Positions 62,801-64,000 of a stretch of DNA of 64,000 nucleotides are shown one piece after another (position 1 is the stretch's first letter; the number at the start of each line of letters is the position of its first letter). The notes beneath the pieces are model-generated. The model did no database searches. It was not told the origin of the DNA and saw nothing but the letters and a program-made list of their open reading frames with translations. A program made the position numbers and the translations under genes. The stretch is from an uncultured Cellvibrio sp. (GTDB taxonomy: Bacteria; Pseudomonadota; Gammaproteobacteria; Pseudomonadales; Cellvibrionaceae), in NCBI GenBank assembly GCA_937958105.1, contig CALFXJ010000038.1, positions 55,555 through 119,554 on the forward strand, read 5' to 3'.

Positions 62801-64000
62801 TATCCTCCCGCAAACGTGTTAGTTCCTTCCAGTATTAAATTGCCGGTATCGAGCGGTTCCCCATTGCCATCGATAACAAGAACCGCTTGGGACAGATGAT
62901 CCTGATTTGTGTTGATGAGATTGTTAAGCTGGATACGAATAACACTATTAAGACCTAAACGGGTTCCTGCAGCCGGTGTTATGCTGCTGACGGTTAATCC
63001 CGGGCTGCGGCTGTCAACAACACCGCCACGATTGGAAACGAATACTCCCCCGTTATTAGCAATCAACTCAGCACCTGACCGATCTATCGCATCCCAATAG
63101 GCGGCAGAAAATGATCCATTCGCCTGCTGCTGATAAACGATTCTCTCTAAGCCAGCTGTAACAGTGATCTGCCCATGTTGCACCAACATGGAAGCGTTTG
63201 AATCAGAGGTCGAACCACGCTCCAACAGTTGAATGGAGTAGCTGTTTTTGTTAGGTAAATCATCAAATATAGCAAGATGTAATCTATCTCCGCGTTTCAG
63301 CAGCACATAGAGCTTTTGATCATGCCATTTAACATCTAATGGTTGTCCCTGTAGTTCTTCACCGCTGAAAATTATTGGGTTATAACCCAGCGGGGGGTTT
63401 AACTCGTCATTGGACAAGTCAAAGAATCGAATAAAACCGCTGCCGAAATCATCCATATAAGAAGCGGCAAGCATATTGCCAACAGGGTCATATGTAACAT
63501 CTGTAACTCGGTGCCCAGGTGCAGGATAGCTCGTGAGTCTCAGCGGTTGTCGAGGATCCTTGACATCAACAACCAATAAACCTTCCTGTGTAGCCGCAAG
63601 ATAAGCCGTATTACCAACAACTTCTACGCCGGTAACAGGTGCGTTCGTTCTGAGCTGGCTGAGTCGAATTGGGTTTTCCCAGATGCTGATATCAAATATC
63701 TCAAAACCATAGGGCATTAAGAAACGATTGGTGCTCGTCGGGGCAGCACCAGCTCTTACACCCACATACATAACATCGTCGACAATATCTGCACCGCCAA
63801 TCACATGCGGGGGATAATTAGGCAATCCCGCTGAACGGCCTTCCGGTAACGTATATGAAATATTGCCTACATATATCTCTTGCCCATTTACCAACAAGTA
63901 AATTCTGTATAGCTGTGGAGTGTTGACTGTGGGTAAACGGAAAGTGAACTCCTTAAGAGTTACCACATCATCTTTTAAGTCAACAACAGTTACGCCGTCA
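41884..64000 (-). CDS. Giant multidomain surface/secreted protein (>7,370 aa; 5' end outside the window)
   Basis: Uninterrupted 22-kb frame, still open at position 64000. Contains LVIVD-like propellers, SbsA-Ig-like and IPT/TIG domains, many bacterial Ig units, DxDxDG repeats (about 49200-49490), Big_2, four RCC1-like blocks (about 42320-48830), a PPC-like domain and a Gly/Tyr tail. Confidence 0.9.
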   Translation of the reverse strand, partial: DGVTVVDLKDDVVTLKEFTFRLPTVNTPQLYRIYLLVNGQEIYVGNISYTLPEGRSAGLPNYPPHVIGGADIVDDVMYVGVRAGAAPTSTNRFLMPYGFEIFDISIWENPIRLSQLRTNAPVTGVEVVGNTAYLAATQEGLLVVDVKDPRQPLRLTSYPAPGHRVTDVTYDPVGNMLAASYMDDFGSGFIRFFDLSNDELNPPLGYNPIIFSGEELQGQPLDVKWHDQKLYVLLKRGDRLHLAIFDDLPNKNSYSIQLLERGSTSDSNASMLVQHGQITVTAGLERIVYQQQANGSFSAAYWDAIDRSGAELIANNGGVFVSNRGGVVDSRSPGLTVSSITPAAGTRLGLNSVIRIQLNNLINTNQDHLSQAVLVIDGNGEPLDTGNLILEGTNTFAGGYIDVKLNGQNIPGNKLQVVVTQDLRAVTGEALIAPAGAVYDLGDGINPLITDVVRKTDTSVGGHYFHGDGSEHAVIKGIGFGSDSGAIQLSIGETVVPPAAITSVSDGEIEIKVPKLFLSSNVAALPVRITKGDLSYIKHGAIVVLPRVVIEDANPLRGPPQGGNVIDIYGRGFNHGMRVTIGGKVAGDLRVISGNHIQVRAPANPFGYAQIKIESLQFAGESAVSPIDYFYAGRETGSVDLASDKPSPISAVLLRDQILYTVTGGEYEVINREGRLAKRLRSNVARLIAADVSDPVRPVILEKEFSNVTRPYHFDVTGGLGAQGFVALEAMNNDLFAVGSDRLYHFDITLAADPLLINEVTLAGQVRDLVARDGLLYVSSVDGVSIYQLTDRRELRRLAVIDRLLLKATPHAIDVVGDSLWISLTDSRRIVEVELMSGEYRIVRDFETIDEGGNRFKPRNILVKNNLILVSSGTAGSVVLYQENSSGGATPVASLNLAYLVRNGDIYAGQMILQGQTLYVAAGQGDLQLYDISPWMEGRYKAPITLKNYFSVIGDVVNVAFHSRALYAGSTFAYLNDLPIENPVEDASSINHIGGRLNTIVNDQLVIVSHTPDAESTIPSDVAIEIQFNRLLDGEQLQANKDELLTVVLDGAKIAGNISSQVNNIGSKIVFRPVAPLIDGRRYRVTVAGAIRDLHGKSLGSDYSFRFVASTYRQPEIADVQPRFASWRGGEYVRIYGENFSSYSQVEIGDVAIENIEVVSDQEMRFRLPALAASPNDNYVVGLKVVNGQLSHSRHAAFTYVADPVIDRIGKFNSLSGTIDTNAHRYLFNSGDTIAIQGRGFSAATRVYVNDKAPLGLRMEDPDVISFRVPDNTLGRLTITVSNLDTTVDGFDNTDIYIELGASEQLADVITFKRHGDLLLTVGAYSSGAANWALYGTMESQVPLLLSRGAMTSSIIAAAISDRYLALMVNETKPVIYFYDIQNVYAPQLINRFDNPSGIALTDVHIAGDNWVSVTNNTLYSSAVRGNNVHETQLSTTLLDVGYDQEGLWGLYDDRVEFRRYDELELVTQVFEHSLIAPKSIAVSEQRLLLRSATEVELLNAPVLKRGGNAVIGKALLNQDEAVLNGELLTVLTRSAQRLSVYDVNQNGQQLNLKLLSDIRATGINNLQQITSHDDLLEWRMNNRYFNTRLPFNNLWNVQPNHIGAEAAMLAGRVAGASDNWRDVLLEVVEEASSVVLNGSTALVGDQLQFQVYGNSYRPSANYRIALFNQPRNHIDGAMVDIDLPWSVSAEPLFGLSPIRTLSVIPGNAITDRVTQFKVQGYQLQNADKVELGEAVLSADQYSVNTAGTEMTFSAVFATPGVKTLRVSQQDNAQVASMPAAVLVAQAIEIADITTNNVKGGEKALSDSGNNRITVQGLGLQGNLAVHLVPYDQGFIPDSSNLVRHRVQGGQLFIDNSPKVIAGRKYQLVIIRKETEETVFAPQQLLLTGVDDTAPVLLSGSSGHKALTMSEPLRLTFDEPVSAEGYQVIKQFKDYTDSSDVDISNRFELVNIAAQSISLRLLPGQLLDANATYRIVINGIADSAGNLALGGSLTEAGRYSANLTAPDTLAPRNLRLVRLTDGIDVNEAMQLTKGRSHRFMLSAIDNYTAASAINYRYRIATAFGAPETGWLQPGRENVFTFDALEHHVYMEVLVEARDGNNSPVAIQTFRASLRDPVIELESFHTNPAEPEESVRAEMHFTLSGDIDMVGQTVISVDKIKQGTIDASDKYNPVTGHVFASFVNPKIRDIIPADAPVAPVQMNTLLQVTYGFGYTKVFNESYTLYLDRTPPSLEIVSPANGDFVAIGDRTDVILKAFDKYGIETVEVSYNGGVWQELSDPTRFSFEATVDDIEHGITVAARATDPNGNISPVQTVTLYPYDAEAGAPKVEILSPANGSSFQEGESVRFEVLLRNVIDAELFLDIGGVEADTASAELTRDVDGAERQFVTLDLPAVDENVVVLARLQKANLKAYKFLNVVNDEGIDEEVQTRLIPETSILGGSALWVTTAVPASMMDYSADSQVVVKDPAGASVIASSALNSTLIAIVSGEGESTNVETLLKDKSGHEKTRVHQLTKKPFFSDAPAVEYLKGLNSNELLFKALAIPGAGREEELLVAFNNRSGGYRLVAGSRVVDSAAQGEIIALEYSGTALFMQIRQNGDEYIKRYPLTGTGLAGVSDIWATTGEFLGVSGETVWLRYGNALSAETMVEQTLVPVLGHTVLEPIHAYQISGNVMYGLSDAGLYQFEIAVEELPFIEQSHFVALPDQDNFLVLGDEIFTWQDELLTHYEMLPDGALANISSSMLPGAIERVISDDELLWVRINHADGPQWLAIENDNIVAVFPTSSRELVVAPGKIYFDVMADGNTSVWSRNIKPVSDEIQIAVGIEPLPHVVQFTIDSLTDPIGDLFIHLETTSRDLIPARREDREGHRYLVVARDQLKGDEVTIVARSHTSETASTVVVDRTPIADVNVPLATATTHATGAQVPLTAHAQASAVIGNLSVVTDNQSGSLALGSVSAYQWITLPAEEGIFTWALHADEIEAVVGSTTVVPNNSETSSVTILSPINNIAIDAGKRLSVRYSAQNAVGDTLRYADISLMDFDRNIISRVLMRGAEGLLDIRVPTVAAKDTYFLRVRGYFGSEYHYADREISLQVYPQLQVPKPVLTGVSDTVFSGSTVQYRMDANDLEQYQSRIEIWGAGGDLLASGSTLLEMLVPESITGFTVVATISDGNGNVESVTYPVQVLAGLKLSDLNSGKTFSVMLPDVSVAWLAEGRNLRNQEGQLLTTLDADITAMTRVGDRLLVALRDQGLMIVDPAENFMALSFYPLAGEVSDVALNGEKLLAIVDGRLQGFEVSGNWISATPIRDGSATGQALYVDDESALDVNAYKDGFMVLRSGSAIAINSQWQTEPSSEVILEDARTMIRSGGRWYVATNSNRLLSFANSSEVLYHGEVNTGTVRMISMGRYLVGLSENGGIQLFDVTNPYHVQQAGNYQRDIQGHISQAQLFNGALWLGDASGSVIGIQQQSGEPVTVYASDNPRGHVVDVAITNGQVLAAASHYGAIYLGKEGSGWNSKIYPEKGWSLAVDRVLFDEEKAYLAHAEKRQVVAIDTFDLDEYSSPKTSLVFNNVAVQDLAVTNTHVVASESNFIHLAKKDNLKVTGTLSLPQGEAIISLAAFGDVIYASTNNRRLYRVLPGELPLNSYAVVIESIIDGASDNIENLQTSGDHIYFNIGTSVHRLDLNTYVDSVIELPESAAINALHYANSNLWVAHRTSTSSEVRVIDAASWTIIDSIRLSFDQLVTDLAEDHGYLAVGLGDSGLQIIDLNGQARSVNPALASPAIGTVFVQGDIMHLTLSDTKNINSVRFYANDILLGGTAQFPFYLYALVPPNLRNGQPFNLTVEVETFTGQVLRSSARKVALQGEDLPGNPFSVVIVHPQPGVPTYVPKPLELRAEVKNSSQPIHQVEYYEADALEGPYKIIGKHYGPEFVIYRAYNVEDSGKYLKVRAVDAFGNLTESSPLQFTRLQDDQPPVVRSFELRGSVLPGNQIIERHPYQINIEVEDTESGVESAILRRNGLIIAAQFEDGSFTVNEKGAQKDESLEYVLEVRDRAGNRYEFTEIYNVVEDAAPDILAFGFSPNPVIEQGGFVVNLGVQDQVAIEKIELIWNGHTQNVAFNKPSSKVNLTSVTVRDRRTERLQEDTVEQISLRVTDDLGQQTEEQLSVTVTTDQVPDANRLSITYPETAFYGTSIPVRISGFRSANDGNDPVLVSFIETNPATAKETRVKHSQLTQELRRTIAMPNSDLADNTYRFRVRLTDHLGQASETVEHSVALTHKPNALRFFHSDQDVNLNLAYVTVGDSVGYQIEVVDKTNRRVPYQTVRWKLQEITAADQAPAPIQGLGETQADGYGLARINLNSALKAGRYKVSVELVGNEAINTAIGIRVIAGETKDIHINHIERVKAGDVFTLNIRSYDEGGNWTQQDSHTVVNIALPYAGFHFGFANGVNSAPLSSGGEMAEIRLHFGEAQVPIVASTTAGSYLADLKTIDDQLTTYYDVNGDGRMIASDNLLVEVVAGDAFMINFVEESRTNLPLGDINRLEVGEQVTVAATLVDKYYNRIYEIDSQGSSSHADLQLSATVNGSAVINNIAQTADIALKQGYGTFQVTTEVTEQVDITGNTTLPQLPGLAKYAVLSLDFLKPYPAIEQSIVQPVVDSLINPLHFSYSEPVNNIGNELPLRITLEDDPVEGEFTLDGQKITFVPLQPLALARCYEVSSHNSLLRGVAANDEVLAQSISVCAPEARLDIPQRNYALEGSSYPLAVATAENINISTITSGFVRIAPEGVAASPVAFNWNNPTVAVPVYPEGEYPDGQIVRVTVSGMYANKALTLANEISLRVLQVGGDFDGDGLTNELEIAVGLDPTNPDSDGNGIPDGEDDLDGDGLSNLEEVTAGTSLTDSDSDGDGLSDYDEIYIHYTNPNNPDTDGDGVPDYVEVISESDPTSDLQAEVDPYYITDISITPNQITHRLGVDVPTFKLNVFAKFEYEGLIYEGVHIKADTGLFEFRTSDMSVASVNYDGDYTALAVGEAELTVIFIEKNIAKSVTLTVTEEVVAPQKTLIVTGRDYGALLHEGRLWHWGNTSEWEMPDTDGRPQLMPTEFLGGASIVEMSGSTSGLLILDSENRVWTWGGPFDRYSGKSPVLVDTTGLDSAKVVAISAGEYVNILADDQGRIWGWGQNETGGLGSSKIGFVSSRDPVLLGTNQFVEAVATNSGGDRYAYAYNFAYGQDVILWWGQSNLPTKLNTGFLGAAKIKKVEVSSANPSRAFILDTHSHLWRMGMYESPEKVDLSPLGSASVVDIDAGVHHQLILDDTNQLWVVNSYADGSYGDIERVDLTPMGDAEVVSFSAGDLGFSLILDSAGNVWGWGDNSWGQLGDGSYVDSDSLINIGNIYSNEVSVDIEQVSDVIPVRIGENRSISVANVTFAGGAYFSDPSVFASNSLFGFTFGKKDVIVPAEMTVSETLMVDSSICSEIGLFPYSFTLGDEQGNELAELAVSINCLPDVEVRVQQSMTGEAEVKVKNNFNDDYVVRYSPVALNHSSISMWNTYTDNGGGHFPEFPNTGTIAGYWGNGRGDTQISQRVIDTPKGAIAISELAFAIGGNGLRVVLDQPDIKNLKFNLTIQQASSATVINVSSEDAIVVQEIDGATSWSFGLEQYTSPYFAFYNDEADAIVWSFEFESDQGSPIPLQYNLCRGCEVVIPSTFTCPDYSSNLLFGNIEIINGQGVVIDRQQLICPRKDIQRIAAGGYQSFVLDKENELWGWGDNRQFDLGVTGGNDYHIIPISIERKTFLDRSLLSIASGYSHSLALDEQGQVWVWGMNSDGQLGNGQRYGASLPKPIAKDKFNGKKIEVIAAGGNHSFVIDESGEIWAWGYNGDGQLGIPGNSYYQPVPALISSVLQAGDRWLTVVTGSSHTLALDSQRRVWAWGYNGSGQLGNGTTVSSSVPVQIDLAMLEGAKVIAIAAGDSHSAALDEFGRLWMWGYNGYGQLGTGTTMQNLQPVQVIIPEFDGGRITQVALGEVYSLAVDNSGGLWGWGYSGDGQLARESYNELVPVKIPSRARISTVAAGRGHVLALDENNNLWAFGRNGSGQLGTGNSDYRSHIPEPVGKLDDGAALADIVLFAGNAQITVGEAHPVSVGKVNITNPFFNKHEILLGDTSVTFLKSGTSFVVGGPLMRAEEDFIEVDPSVCKAVGEQKVPVELIDMTGRSLASDTVSIQCSPSINISVVIHDGAEIDVTNESSEDYRIRFIGAPGVTVAGAQLAEMQLCPSCHNSFLTDFSCPTKEMITELGSIEVLDSDNHVVYKKKLFCPPARKRVETNEYRSVFLDDLNRLWAWGLKPNDDVYTRPDLVNTARYGMHDLVSIAATNNATYALDSAGNLWLEKEIFKSTLVPDAKYKALESGYQHSLLLDDQGQVWAWGNNDYGQLGRNGSEKPKARIPAPIKAAYFNNTAVVAVAAGYAHSLAVDVEGRLWAWGANDLGQLGIGGEDSVGKPTLVDISNLAGQRINAIVAGAFHSLLLDDLGRLWVWGDSEQDGSNGELHTLRLVDTTQLAGNKIISITAGSAFSIILDDDGRLWSWGSNWEGQLGSGTEYYRDYPGLVDPALFGGRKIIEVYAGYNYALAIDEDGGLWAWGANYYGQLGDGTTTGRAAPTFIGHINELEADALASLSLTAMADPVSIVIGQDAFVRLTGIVAKNEYFNVQRITSTNSYVRFSSIGDEFVISGPKEVGGTLEVDPAICVESGLTTQYFELVDQNNIELASASFQLRCLPNIHIAIEKEENGTAKIIHRNTSEEDYFVRFTGNGAVTVDGESSVERILCSGCELTIDTDYSCSRFEVAAMGTIEILDAQSQQIDRHTIRCPRDDHYLFSVGQNYSIASDEKSRLWSWGANGDGQLGNGTYIPQDRPLPFNLTLPANTQVLSVVSGGQHNLLLTSDGRVRAWGYNYYSQVGVVGEYRVGTPFLLDAALFDNKPIVSVAAGYGHSVALDEDNGIWVWGRNYEGQLGNSTTVALREPYLLPSSIFGDAKPVAIASGTYHNLMLDDQGRLWGWGYNYYGQLGDNSRTNRLVPTLIDNMALGVDRWSNVSVGLSHTLALDSAGRLWSWGSNNYGELGDGTTTLRSLPTLMDTSFLDDAEIVAIAAGDGFSLILDDLSRIWGWGRNGEGQLGDGDSYSRVIPDLVNLDKLGNVKPIKIKARYSHVLMKDTQNNLWGWGSNYYGELGDGTRYYRRLIPAPVPIPVPQERMYPDIIAIRELMAPDAVIVPLEITTDDYYVIRVSSQDFEPKVLIRTAAGAVVALAPETCEKDLGFIALLPRGVYYLMVGSLSDQNGEFFVEAYVPEMSDYADFECSGSGYGSGYGSGGGDWWGSEPDSGYGYGYGW

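Noticed and set aside
42215-63100. Numerous short plus-strand and alternate-frame ORFs within the giant gene
   Set aside because: Short, motif-free and entirely nested in a 22-kb coding frame.
41884-64000. RTX/T1SS, Rhs/YD, hemagglutinin (CdiA) or autotransporter identity for the giant protein
   Set aside because: No GGxGxD nonapeptide runs, YD repeats, FHA repeats or C-terminal beta-barrel were seen in the visible part.

Overview
GC-rich Gammaproteobacterial chromosomal DNA; the Ser-rich lipoprotein linker and GTAG REPs suggest a Cellvibrionales-like host (inference). The window has three blocks. (1) 1-14.6 kb is a sulfur-acquisition cluster: a heterodimeric ABC exporter, a sigma54-type ssuE/msuE-ssuB-ssuF unit, a REP/BIME array, two sulfate/thiosulfate importer sets (cysP-cysT-cysW and sbp-cysT-cysW-cysA) and a porin. 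(2) 14.6-24.7 kb holds AraC plus two SDRs, a NarL-type two-component system, an octaheme cytochrome c-HEAT/TPR gene and a lipoprotein sulfatase. (3) 24.7-64 kb is a more AT-rich, minus-strand, tightly coupled run of >=35 kb: a giant (>7,370 aa, truncated by the window edge) Ig/IPT-TIG/beta-propeller/RCC1 protein, two lipoprotein PPIase-type chaperones, a 1,716-aa Ig/TSP3 protein, a Sec-signal 1,634-aa protein with a peptidoglycan-binding + lytic-transglycosylase-like C-terminal module, and an exported partner gene. A start-less second copy of [C-terminal module + partner + terminator] follows. It begins with a 96-bp segment 92/96 identical to the matching internal site of the full-length gene. 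This is the layout of a polymorphic toxin locus with an orphan tip/immunity cassette, here attached to a giant adhesin-like operon rather than to CDI, Rhs or T6SS genes. It is the main candidate for an undescribed system. All domain calls come from reading motifs by eye; no searches were run.
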